From: an uncultured Sulfurovum sp.
GTDB lineage: Bacteria; Campylobacterota; Campylobacteria; Campylobacterales; Sulfurovaceae
DNA length: 47,803 bases
Direction of reading: 5' to 3'
Assembly: GCA_964601885.1 (NCBI GenBank)
Contig: CAZROY010000122.1
Coordinates: 1 to 47,803, forward strand
The notes under the pieces are model-generated. The model did no database searches and had not been told where the DNA came from. It worked only from the letters and a program-made list of their open reading frames with translations. This document shows, in pieces, positions 1 through 8,719 of this stretch (position 1 is its first letter; each line of letters opens with the position of its first letter). The position numbers were made by a program, and so were the translations under genes.

Positions 1-2
1 TT

Positions 3-1199
3 TTAGATGATAAAAAGATATCTTTAATTACTAAACATAAAAATATCATTTTTAATCCTGATGAAAATACAATTAATATTAAAAATTCTATTGGAAGATT
101 TTATAGAATAATTGCAAAATCAGAAGTAAGTGTTATTTATATACTAGACGAGTTTGACCATATAGGGACAATTTTTAAATTGGAAGATTTTCAATTTTTA
201 CGAGAGTTGAGTATTAATCCTGATATAAAAATTGCTTTTATGACTATATCAAGGAGGACAATTCAGGAGATAGAACTACTTGGTAATGTTGCTTTATCTA
301 AGTTATCTACTATTTTTTCTGATTTAAATTTAGGTCTATTTGATGATAATGAAATTGATTTATATTGGAAAAGGTTAAATGAATTTGGTATTAAAACAGA
401 TAAAGAGTATCAAGATAGAGTAAAATACTATACAGGTAATCATCCATTTTTAATTGATATATTTAATTCGGAGATAATAAATGAGCTTTTAATCAAAAAA
501 GAGATAGATATTGAAGAATCTATAAATAAATTAATACGACTTACATTTTTTAATCTTTATGACAATATTATTACTCTGTTAAGAGAAGAAAAATTGTATG
601 ATAAACTAATACAAATATTATTTGGACCAAGATATGATTTAGATTCAAAGTCAATAGAGAGATTATTGAAATTTGGAATGATTTATAAAGATGAAAACAG
701 TAGGTATCAATGTTTTTCAAATTTTTTTAAAGAATATTTATCTTTAAAACAAAATGAAATAGATTTTTGGCCATTATGGAGTGAAACTGAAATATCTTTA
801 CGAACAATTATTAAACAAGAACTATTTAAAAAATATGGAGAAGAATGGGAAGAAGAATTTATTAAAAAATATCCTAAAAAAGAAAATTCTATTATTGAAT
901 TAAGAAGAACAATGGAAAAGAATAAAAGAAACTTTCCTGATAAAGCCTCATCACATTTAGTAGATTATACTTATCCTAAAGATATGTATGATATTTTTAT
1001 TTCAACAGATTGGAGTACTGTTTATTGTCATATATTTAATGGACAAAAAAAAGATTGGATAAAAAAATTTAAGATATTAGCAAAGATTAGAAATCCTATT
1101 GCACACAATAATGAATATTTTCTCAATGATGTTGATAAAAATTTAGCAATTAGTTATTGTAAAGAAATTAATAATATTTTAAAAAACAAAGAGGAATAA
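3..1199 (+). CDS. P-loop NTPase (AAA/STAND-like) with C-terminal Swt1-like HEPN domain; 5' end truncated by the window edge
   Basis: The frame is open from base 3, upstream of the listed TTG at 180, and encodes a Walker B (VIYILDEFD). It also has a YTGNHPFLI (GxP) motif and a C-terminal HEPN R-x4-H motif (RNPIAH). Confidence 0.7.
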   Translation, partial: LDDKKISLITKHKNIIFNPDENTINIKNSIGRFYRIIAKSEVSVIYILDEFDHIGTIFKLEDFQFLRELSINPDIKIAFMTISRRTIQEIELLGNVALSKLSTIFSDLNLGLFDDNEIDLYWKRLNEFGIKTDKEYQDRVKYYTGNHPFLIDIFNSEIINELLIKKEIDIEESINKLIRLTFFNLYDNIITLLREEKLYDKLIQILFGPRYDLDSKSIERLLKFGMIYKDENSRYQCFSNFFKEYLSLKQNEIDFWPLWSETEISLRTIIKQELFKKYGEEWEEEFIKKYPKKENSIIELRRTMEKNKRNFPDKASSHLVDYTYPKDMYDIFISTDWSTVYCHIFNGQKKDWIKKFKILAKIRNPIAHNNEYFLNDVDKNLAISYCKEINNILKNKEE

Positions 1200-1202
1200 A
1201 AA

Positions 1203-1322
1203 ATGCTAAAAAAACTACCAATAGGCATACAAACATTTAGTGAAATAAAAAATTATTTAAAAATCTATAGAAGTCAGGGGTCAGGTGATGAAACTAAACT
1301 TTTCACTCAAATTTTTTCCTAA
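1203..1322 (+). pseudogene. N-terminal remnant of an AAA-ATPase-like/PD-(D/E)XK nuclease family gene
   Basis: RBS GAGGA, then ATG at 1203. The translation MLKKLPIGIQTFSEIK matches the typical KKLPIGIQTF start of this family; similarity is lost after about 16 codons and the frame stops after 39 aa. Confidence 0.6.
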
Positions 1323-1405
1323 CTTTAGCAACAGCTGAAGCAGTAATATTTAAATATTTGGTCACCTCTGCCTGTCCATAACCATCATCCAATGTCTTCA
1401 AATCT
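1277..1405 (-). pseudogene. C-terminal HTH remnant and CCTGACCCC end motif, probably from a REP-associated/Y1 tyrosine transposase
   Basis: The minus strand reads LKTLDDGYGQAEVTKYLNITASAVAKVRKKFE* (HTH-like), followed by TCATCACCTGACCCC, a motif typical of RAYT-like gene 3' flanks. Confidence 0.45.
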
Positions 1406-1414
1406 CCTCAAATC

Positions 1415-1984
1415 CTAAACAGAAGCTAAGGTTAGTGCAAAAAGGGTATTAACTCTATTTTTTTCTAATACTCTTTTTGCCTCTTTTAGAGTTGTTCCTG
1501 TTGTTATAATATCATCTACCAAGATTACATCTATATTAGTTAGACCACTATATATAAATTTTCTTGGATTTTTAAGTCTAAATTCTAAAGATTTGCCTGA
1601 ATATTTAATTTTATTTTGGGCTATAAGAGAGTTGTGTAATACTTTAACATTTGCCATTTTCATCTGATGAGTCAATAGAGCAACATGACTATAACCATTT
1701 ATTACAATCTCGTCAACACCAATAATATAGATTGAGCTATTATAATTTTTTATGAACTCTTTAATAAAGGGTTTAAATGTTATTTTTGCCAGTGCTTTAT
1801 AGACTATAAAACCTAAAGGTGTATGTTTTGTTAGAAGCAAATCTTCAATCTCTTGATATTTAAAGAAACTATAAATTTCAAATTTATTAAATTTCTGTTT
1901 AGAGATAGATGGGGTTAGCAATCTCTTTCTACACTCTTGACAAAATCTATTAATAGTAAATCTATGGCAACTTAGACATCGCAT
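1415..1984 (-). CDS. comF: ComF family competence protein (Zn finger plus PRTase domain)
   Basis: N-terminal CxxC..CxxC and PRPP-binding motif VILVDDIITTGTTL. Confidence 0.9.
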   Translation of the reverse strand: MRCLSCHRFTINRFCQECRKRLLTPSISKQKFNKFEIYSFFKYQEIEDLLLTKHTPLGFIVYKALAKITFKPFIKEFIKNYNSSIYIIGVDEIVINGYSHVALLTHQMKMANVKVLHNSLIAQNKIKYSGKSLEFRLKNPRKFIYSGLTNIDVILVDDIITTGTTLKEAKRVLEKNRVNTLFALTLASV

Positions 1985-1989
1985 AGTAT

Positions 1990-2439
1990 CTATATGGTAT
2001 CTCGTATAACAATCGCATAGTGTAATACTACAAAGTTTAAAATAAAAATTCCTATAGAAGAACCCCTAGATATAATAGTCTCTAATTTGGTTCTCTCCTT
2101 TCCATTAGTTCTAAATGCAATAACAGTGTGTAGTATTGTAATTATACTCATAATAGCTACTAAAATCAGTTTTTGACGCAACGCATCTATGGCTATATTA
2201 TGAATTGTATTATCAAAAAGAGTAGTAATGAGACCATTATCTATAATTATTAAAGTACCTGTAATTAATAATAATGCTAGAGATGCTATTTCAAAGTAAC
2301 CAAAAATTGGTCCTATTATGGGATAGACCGCTTTTTGGTCATCTTTATTACGCAGTGTAACCCCTAAAACAAACATAAAAACAGAGCCACCTATCCATGA
2401 TACTGCTGCTATTAGATGTATATGTATCTCCCAACCCAA
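1990..2439 (-). CDS. Four-TM membrane protein, CopD-like/DUF4149-like
   Basis: IHLIAAVSWIGGSVFM (H-x6-W-x-GG motif) and four hydrophobic helices. Confidence 0.6.
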   Translation of the reverse strand: MGWEIHIHLIAAVSWIGGSVFMFVLGVTLRNKDDQKAVYPIIGPIFGYFEIASLALLLITGTLIIIDNGLITTLFDNTIHNIAIDALRQKLILVAIMSIITILHTVIAFRTNGKERTKLETIISRGSSIGIFILNFVVLHYAIVIRDTI

Positions 2440-2492
2440 AGAAATCCTTTATTTTTTTTATCTATTTTAACTAAATATATATATATTTGAGA

Positions 2493-2506
2493 TTGAGGTA
2501 TATCAA
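2493..2506 (-). promoter_or_regulatory. Crp/Fnr-family binding site (TTGAG-N4-ATCAA) upstream of the CopD-like gene
   Basis: One mismatch to TTGAT-N4-ATCAA. Centred about 42 bp upstream of the start inferred from a minus-strand TAAAAT -10 at 2464-2469. Confidence 0.55.
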
Positions 2507-2552
2507 TATTAATTTGCTATAATCTTTAAAAATTTTAGAAAAGGTAAATATT

Positions 2553-3551
2553 ATGAATATAATTAGAGTATATATGTTTATATCCATTCTTCTCATCTCT
2601 TCATTAGAAGCGGTAGATTATACAAAAAAAGAGTCAGTTAAACAGTTTATGTATAAGATGCAATATAGATATGGTTTTAAGAGAACAACATTAAAGAGAT
2701 GGTTTAAACATGTTCGCAAAAATAGTTATATAAGACGACTTAGGCAGGGATTATATTGTGGTGCTGTTCCTTGTGCCTCTCTTGGTAGTTGGGGGAGATA
2801 CTCCTATAGATATTTACAAAGAGCAGGTGGTGGTGTATATTTTATGCATAAATTTCATGATACATTAAATCGTGCATATAAAAAATATGGAGTTGAACCT
2901 GAATATATAACAGCAATTATTGGTATTGAGAGTGAGTATGGTGTTATGAGAGGAGACTATTTTGTATTTGACCGTCTTGTGCATCTCTCGTTTGATAAAA
3001 ATAATAGAAGAGCAAAGTTTTATAGAAGAGAGCTTATTGCACTTTTAAGACTTTCTGCTAAAGAAGATATAAATCCAAAAAATATTAGAGGTTCGTCATC
3101 AGGTGCTATTGGTTTAGCCCAATTTATACCAAGTACATATAAGTCATTTGCTGTTGATTTTAATAGAGATGGTAAACGAGAAATGAATAATGTAGTAGAT
3201 GCTATTGGAAGTATCGCATACTATTTAAAAAGACACGGTTGGAAAAAGGGGCAAGATGTAGCTGTTAGAGTTCGATATAAAGGTTTACGATTTAATAGAT
3301 TACCAACTGGATATAGACACACTTACTATAGAGGTAATTTAGATGGTATTGAGCCAAGAGGCGATTTTAACTATCATGGAAAAGTTAGCCTAATTAAGTT
3401 GGAGAGGAGATATTATGATGAACTTTGGTATGGCGGAAAAAATTTTTATGTTATTACAAGATATAATCAAAGTTCATATTATGCAATGAGTGTACATCAG
3501 TTGGCACAAAAGATAAAAAGAGCCTATAATAAACGGTATGGAAAGTTTTAA
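2553..3551 (+). CDS. mltB: Lytic murein transglycosylase B family
   Basis: Signal peptide, catalytic IIGIESEYG, GSSSGAIGLAQFIPS, EF-hand-like DFNRDGKRE and ITRYNQS. Confidence 0.9.
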   Translation: MNIIRVYMFISILLISSLEAVDYTKKESVKQFMYKMQYRYGFKRTTLKRWFKHVRKNSYIRRLRQGLYCGAVPCASLGSWGRYSYRYLQRAGGGVYFMHKFHDTLNRAYKKYGVEPEYITAIIGIESEYGVMRGDYFVFDRLVHLSFDKNNRRAKFYRRELIALLRLSAKEDINPKNIRGSSSGAIGLAQFIPSTYKSFAVDFNRDGKREMNNVVDAIGSIAYYLKRHGWKKGQDVAVRVRYKGLRFNRLPTGYRHTYYRGNLDGIEPRGDFNYHGKVSLIKLERRYYDELWYGGKNFYVITRYNQSSYYAMSVHQLAQKIKRAYNKRYGKF

Positions 3552-3601
3552 AACATTATGATAAAATGCTAAAAATTAATAAGATAGCTAAGGAAATATA
3601 A

Positions 3602-5188
3602 GTGTTAAGCACAGTAAATATTATACAAAGATATGGTAAAAGAGTACTTTTTGATAAGATTAATATAACACTAGATAGAGGAAAAAGATACGGTTTAATT
3701 GGGGCAAATGGAGCGGGGAAGTCAACATTTTTAAAGATATTATCAGGTGAGATAGAGCCAACAGATGGAGAGGTTCATATTCAACCCAATTTAAAAATTG
3801 GAGTTTTAGGTCAAAATCAGTATGCTTTTGAGGAGTTTACACTAAAAGATGCTGTTCTTTATGGTAATAAAAGACTCTATAATGCCCAAAAAGAGAAAGA
3901 AGAGCTATATATTAGTGGTAATTTTGAAGATGATGCTGTTAATGCTCGTTTAGGCGAGTTGGAGATGATTTGTGTAGAGGAAGACCCAACTTATGAGTCA
4001 GAGGTAAAGATAGAGAAGCTTTTAGAGGCATTGGGATTTCCTGCATCTAAACATAATAATTTAATGAGTTCATTAACAACTGGAGATAAGTTTAAAATTC
4101 TCTTGGCACAAGTTCTATTTTTAAAACCGGATATTCTACTTCTTGATGAGCCTACAAACAATTTAGATATTAATACTATCTCATGGTTAGAGCATGAACT
4201 AAAAAGACATGAGGGTACTATGGTTGTTATCTCCCATGATAGACACTTTTTAAATAATGTGGTGACCCATATTTTAGATTTAGATTTTCAAAATATTCGT
4301 GAGTTTACAGGAAATTATGATGATTGGTATATTTCAGCTAATTTAATAGCGAAACAGCTTCAGATGGAGCATAATAAAGCGATGAGGGAGAAAGAGGAGT
4401 TAGAAAAATTTATCGCAAGATTTTCAGCCAACGCATCTAAAGCGAGACAGGCAACAAGTCGTCAGAAACAGTTAGATAAATTAAATATTGGAGAGATTAA
4501 ACTCTCATCAAGAAGAGACCCATCTATTATGTTTAAACCTCATCGTGATATTGGTAATGAGGTGTTAGAGGTTCAAAATTTATCAAAATCTTATGGTGAC
4601 AATCATATATTTTCAAACATCTCATTTAAAGTGAAAAAAGGTGATAAGATAGCATTAATTGGTGCAAATGGAGTAGGCAAATCGACGCTACTTAATATAT
4701 TAATGGGGAAATTGGAAGCAGATAGTGGAAAGTTTAATTGGGGAGAGACAATTACAACTACATATTTTCCTCAAAACAGTACTGATATTGTAGTTGGAAA
4801 TGAAAAGTTATATGAGTGGATACAGGGATATAATCCTAAATGGCACATTGATGATATTAGAAAATGTTTAGGTAGAATGTTATTTTCAGGAGAGGAGCAG
4901 AGTAAAGTAGTAGATAGCTGTTCAGGAGGAGAGAAGCATCGTATAATGCTTAGTAAAATGATGATGGATAGTGCCAATTTTTTAATTTTAGATGAGCCAA
5001 ATAACCATTTAGATTTAGAGGCTATTATTGCATTGGGTGAAGCACTACATCAATATAAAGGTGGAGTTATATGTGTATCTCACGATAGAGAATTAATTGA
5101 TGCTTTTGCTAATAGAGTTATCAAAATTAATAGCGATGGCTCTATTATAGATTTTGAAGGAGATTATGAGTCATTTGTGGAAAGCTAA
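3602..5188 (+). CDS. ABC-F family ATPase (YbiT-like)
   Basis: Two ABC domains (GANGAGKST, GANGVGKST; LDEPTNNLD, LDEPNNHLD), an inter-domain linker and no TM segments. Confidence 0.9.
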   Translation: MLSTVNIIQRYGKRVLFDKINITLDRGKRYGLIGANGAGKSTFLKILSGEIEPTDGEVHIQPNLKIGVLGQNQYAFEEFTLKDAVLYGNKRLYNAQKEKEELYISGNFEDDAVNARLGELEMICVEEDPTYESEVKIEKLLEALGFPASKHNNLMSSLTTGDKFKILLAQVLFLKPDILLLDEPTNNLDINTISWLEHELKRHEGTMVVISHDRHFLNNVVTHILDLDFQNIREFTGNYDDWYISANLIAKQLQMEHNKAMREKEELEKFIARFSANASKARQATSRQKQLDKLNIGEIKLSSRRDPSIMFKPHRDIGNEVLEVQNLSKSYGDNHIFSNISFKVKKGDKIALIGANGVGKSTLLNILMGKLEADSGKFNWGETITTTYFPQNSTDIVVGNEKLYEWIQGYNPKWHIDDIRKCLGRMLFSGEEQSKVVDSCSGGEKHRIMLSKMMMDSANFLILDEPNNHLDLEAIIALGEALHQYKGGVICVSHDRELIDAFANRVIKINSDGSIIDFEGDYESFVES

Positions 5189-5212
5189 ACTACCTTTGGC
5201 TCGAAAAGTAGT

Positions 5213-6340
5213 TCACGGAGTAATTAATCTTCTACACCATTTCAAAAAGAGTCTATCAGGATTTACTCTACTATCTATCTTAATATTATCTACTATATAG
5301 TCTGACAGTATTTTCCCCATTAAAGGGGCAAATACAAAACCTCTTCCTCCAAAACCGTTACAGATATATAAATTTGGTATTTTTTTTAATGGTACTTTTG
5401 CACCTTTTAGAATTTTAGGATATGTTTTTAACATATATTGACTATCAACGACATCTCCAACAAGTGGAAAATAATCTCGGGAGCTAGAACGCATACCACA
5501 AAATGTCTCTTTTAGTTTAAAATCCTTTGTTGTCACCATTGTTGAAGCTATTTTTTCAAGGGATTTTAGAGGTTGTCCATTACACATTATGCACGGCTCT
5601 TTCGATTTTACATGTGTAGCACCTAACTTTATAATACCATTTATATTTGCAGATATTGAGATTGTCTTATGCATACTGACTTTTAAATCTAAACTACTCT
5701 CATAATCTCCTCTACTACCCCATATACCTTTTATTCCCATATATCTCATATCAAATAGATTATTCTCATAACCTGTTGCTAAGACTACCCTTTTAGCTTT
5801 TATATCACCTAAAAGCCAATAACCATTCTGAAATATCAATTTATTTACCAAATATTGTTTATATGTAATATTTTTTATAATATCCTTACACATATTGGGA
5901 GCATCACAAACACCAGCCTCTTTAAATAAAAAACTACTATTTTCCTCGTGAATACCATACTCTTGTAATTTATCTTTATCAATCAACTCTCTTTTACTAA
6001 TATTGAATTTATCATACTCCATAAACTCTATACTATCTTGATTATTTTTAGCCATACGAATAATGCCACTTTGGGTAAAGTATTTTGGAAATCTATTTAG
6101 ATAAAAATCTGTGGCAAACTCAAAAGCTTCATTTGTCAAGAGTTGAAGAGGGGAACCTTTACCTATTTTAGGAGATACAAATGCTCCAGCTGCTGAAGAG
6201 CCTCCCGTTGCTGATACACCAGACCTATCTATTAAGAGAACAGATAGACCTTTCTCTTGTAAAAAAAAAGCTGAACAGCACCCAGCCACTCCAGCACCGA
6301 CCACTACTACATCTATGATTTTATTATTTCTATTTATCAT
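5213..6340 (-). CDS. FAD-dependent oxidoreductase, MnmC C-terminal-domain-like
   Basis: GAGVAG dinucleotide motif, RSSSRDYFPLVG and NGFGGRGF. Start moved to the ATG at 6340 (MINRNNK) to avoid overlap with the divergent gene. Confidence 0.75.
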   Translation of the reverse strand: MINRNNKIIDVVVVGAGVAGCCSAFFLQEKGLSVLLIDRSGVSATGGSSAAGAFVSPKIGKGSPLQLLTNEAFEFATDFYLNRFPKYFTQSGIIRMAKNNQDSIEFMEYDKFNISKRELIDKDKLQEYGIHEENSSFLFKEAGVCDAPNMCKDIIKNITYKQYLVNKLIFQNGYWLLGDIKAKRVVLATGYENNLFDMRYMGIKGIWGSRGDYESSLDLKVSMHKTISISANINGIIKLGATHVKSKEPCIMCNGQPLKSLEKIASTMVTTKDFKLKETFCGMRSSSRDYFPLVGDVVDSQYMLKTYPKILKGAKVPLKKIPNLYICNGFGGRGFVFAPLMGKILSDYIVDNIKIDSRVNPDRLFLKWCRRLITP

Positions 6341-6441
6341 TGTGGAATAATAGCACAAATAGATATAATCTATATTGTAAGCTTGTAAATAGAACAAATA
6401 TGTTACCATTCATACTTATTAAGCTAAGGGATATTTTTATA

Positions 6442-7017
6442 ATGTTTGAGATACTTCAAAACTATTTTGATAAAAGTAGTGCTATTACCATTCTTGTACT
6501 ATCTATTATGTCTATATATTTAATTGTTACTTTATGGATATTTATATATAGATATTTTACTCTAAAGAGATTACTTAGTATAGAGTCACACTCTGTCAAG
6601 AAGTTATATATGGGTAGAACAAAAACAGTTGATGAACGCTCCATGTTGTTTTCATATATTAATAGGGTATTAATTCCCAATCAAGCAATATTCTCTGTAG
6701 CAAAAAATTCTGCAATTAAAGAGGCTACAAGTGGCTTAACAGCTCTTGCCATTGTTGCATCTACATCACCCTTTATTGGTCTATTTGGGACAGTCGTTGC
6801 AATCTTAGAGACATTTTCTAGTCTTGGAACACAAAAAGGTTCAAGCATATCCATTGTTGCCCCTGCCATTTCTGAAGCTCTAGTAGCTACAGCTGCTGGT
6901 ATTTTAGTCGCCACTTTTGCTTATACATTTCATCTTATTCTCAAGCGAAAATCGTATGAGTTGAGTGTGTTACTTGATACTCAAGCAGACCTTATCTTAT
7001 CACAAAAGGCAATATAG
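6442..7017 (+). CDS. tolQ: TolQ/ExbB proton channel
   Basis: SPFIGLFGTVV and ISEALVATAAG motifs. Likely start is the ATG at 6442. Confidence 0.85.
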   Translation: MFEILQNYFDKSSAITILVLSIMSIYLIVTLWIFIYRYFTLKRLLSIESHSVKKLYMGRTKTVDERSMLFSYINRVLIPNQAIFSVAKNSAIKEATSGLTALAIVASTSPFIGLFGTVVAILETFSSLGTQKGSSISIVAPAISEALVATAAGILVATFAYTFHLILKRKSYELSVLLDTQADLILSQKAI

Positions 7018-7020
7018 AAA

Positions 7021-7407
7021 ATGTATAATTGGGACGAGAACCCTGATTTAAATATTACTCCTCTTATTGATGTTATGTTGGTACTTATGGCTATTTTTAT
7101 GATAACCATTCCTGTTATACAGTATCAAGAGGATATAAATCTACCAGATGGTTCTAAATCTTTAAAAGTTACAAGTGATAAGTCTCTATTGGTGGAGATA
7201 GATAAAGATTTAAATATTAGATATGCGGGAGAGAGTTATACACTAGAGAGTTTTCCTGATGCATTTAGATTAAAAACAGATGGAATGGATAAAAATCGAG
7301 CCGTCTATATTAATGCAGATAAAGATATTATTTATGATAATGTTATATATCTTCTAAAAGTTGTAAAACAGAGTGGATTTAAAAAGGCATCTCTCTTAAC
7401 ACTATGA
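7021..7407 (+). CDS. tolR: TolR/ExbD
   Basis: LNITPLIDVMLVL motif and ADKDIIYD. Confidence 0.85.
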   Translation: MYNWDENPDLNITPLIDVMLVLMAIFMITIPVIQYQEDINLPDGSKSLKVTSDKSLLVEIDKDLNIRYAGESYTLESFPDAFRLKTDGMDKNRAVYINADKDIIYDNVIYLLKVVKQSGFKKASLLTL

Positions 7408-8624
7408 ATAAAGTAACGAGTGGAATATTAGCTATTGGTATCTATTTAGCTTTACTATTTTTGATACTACTCTACTATAATGTTCATAAGATAAAGTCGA
7501 AAAATTATGTTGAAAAAAATGCAAATAGGGTTACAGTCACTTTAGTAAATAGTGATAAAACAGTATTTAATAAAAGTTCAAAGATAACTATTCCAAAAAA
7601 ACCGACTCCTAGACAACACCATACAAAAAAAATAAAACACCATACAGTAGCCCCAGTTGTTCCTAAAAAACAGCGAGTGAAAAGGATTGTTCCATCTAAA
7701 AAAGAGATAAATAGAAAAAAGATTGAAGAGGCTAAGAGAGTAGCAAGAGCTAAAGCTAGAAGGGAAAAGGAGAAAAAGGAGAGAGAGCGACTTGCTAGAA
7801 TTAAGAGAGAAAAGGAGAAAAAAGAGAGAGAGCGACTCGCTAGAATTAAGAGAGAAAAGGAGAAAAAGGAAAGAGAGCGACTCGCTAGAATTAAGAGAGA
7901 AAAGGAGAAAAAGGAAAGAGAGCGACTTGCTAGAATTAAGAGAGAAAAGGAGAAAAAAGAGAGAGAGCGACTTGCTAGAATTAAGAGAGAAAAGGAGAAA
8001 AAGGAAAGAGAGCGACTTGCCAGAATTAAGAGAGAAAAGGAGAAAAAAGAGAGAGAGCGACTTGCCAGAATTAAGAGAGAAAAGGAGAAAAAAGAGAGAG
8101 AGCGACTTGCTAGAATTAAGAGAGAAAAGGAGAAAAAGGAGAGAGAGCGACTCGCTAGAATTAAGAGAGAAGAGGAGCGACGACGGAGAATAAAAGAGAG
8201 GTCAAAAAATTTATTCTCATCTGTTAGAACTCATAATAGTCCAAGAAAAGAGCCAAGAATAGTTCATAGTTCAGAGAGTAGGGTAAGACATACATCAAGA
8301 GTTGTAGATAGAATTAGAGATACACATCAAAGTGGGAGAGTAAGCAATAGAAATAGAGAAAGAGGTGTAGTAAATGCTTATATTGCAAAAGTAGAGCGAC
8401 AATTAAATAATTGGAATGCCCAAAGTAACTATAAAGGTCAGAGTGCGACTATTAAACTAACTATTATGAGTAGTGGACATTTTAGATATAGAGTAAGGCA
8501 TTCATCTAGTGGAGAATTAACTAGAGGACTTAAAAGATTTTTAGACCAATTAAATCGTATTGGATTGGGACAACATCATAAATCAACACCATATATTATA
8601 GAGGTTACCTTTAGAGCAAAATAA
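7404..8624 (+). CDS. tolA: TolA/TonB-family energy transducer with long charged repeat
   Basis: N-terminal TM anchor, long helical repeat, TonB_2/TolA-like C-terminal domain (NAYIAKVERQLNNW); follows tolQR. Confidence 0.75.
   Translation: MNKVTSGILAIGIYLALLFLILLYYNVHKIKSKNYVEKNANRVTVTLVNSDKTVFNKSSKITIPKKPTPRQHHTKKIKHHTVAPVVPKKQRVKRIVPSKKEINRKKIEEAKRVARAKARREKEKKERERLARIKREKEKKERERLARIKREKEKKERERLARIKREKEKKERERLARIKREKEKKERERLARIKREKEKKERERLARIKREKEKKERERLARIKREKEKKERERLARIKREKEKKERERLARIKREEERRRRIKERSKNLFSSVRTHNSPRKEPRIVHSSESRVRHTSRVVDRIRDTHQSGRVSNRNRERGVVNAYIAKVERQLNNWNAQSNYKGQSATIKLTIMSSGHFRYRVRHSSSGELTRGLKRFLDQLNRIGLGQHHKSTPYIIEVTFRAK
7761..8172 (+). repeat. Intragenic tandem repeat, 9 x 45 bp (REKEKKERERLARIK)
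   Basis: TTAAG recurs at 7801, 7846, 7891, 7936, 7981, 8026, 8071, 8116 and 8161. Units differ only at synonymous positions. Confidence 0.97.
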
Positions 8625-8676
8625 ATTTGTTTGTTTTTACTAGTAAAAGAAAATATTGAAAGTTACTCTTCTTATG

Positions 8677-8701
8677 ACCCAATCGCTAAGGAGGATTGGG
8701 T
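8677..8701. terminator. Hairpin between convergent tolA and icd
   Basis: ACCCAATC-N9-GATTGGGT perfect 8-bp stem. Confidence 0.6.
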
Positions 8702-8719
8702 ACTTTAGATATTAATAAG

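Noticed and set aside
5188-5216. AACTAC..GTAGTTCAC hairpin between the ABC-F and MnmC-like genes, resembling an IS605 right-end tip
   Set aside because: Too short, overlaps both stop codons, and is adequately explained as a terminator between convergent genes.
6261-6269. A9 tract in the MnmC-like gene (and a T9 tract near 17628) as phase-variation sites
   Set aside because: Both genes are in frame and such tracts are expected at this AT content. No long poly-G/C tracts typical of Campylobacterota phase variation were seen.
7761-8172. Tandem repeat as a possible CRISPR array
   Set aside because: Units are contiguous with no unique spacers, are in frame within a CDS, and no cas genes are present.
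7792-8193. 133-aa alternative-frame ORF inside tolA
   Set aside because: It is a shadow of the stop-free purine-rich 45-bp repeat and has no independent RBS.
8677-8701. icd terminator resembling an IS605-type CCCAATCG..GATTGGGT end hairpin
   Set aside because: It lacks the flanking GAAGC and GTAGTTCAC motifs; treated as an ordinary terminator.
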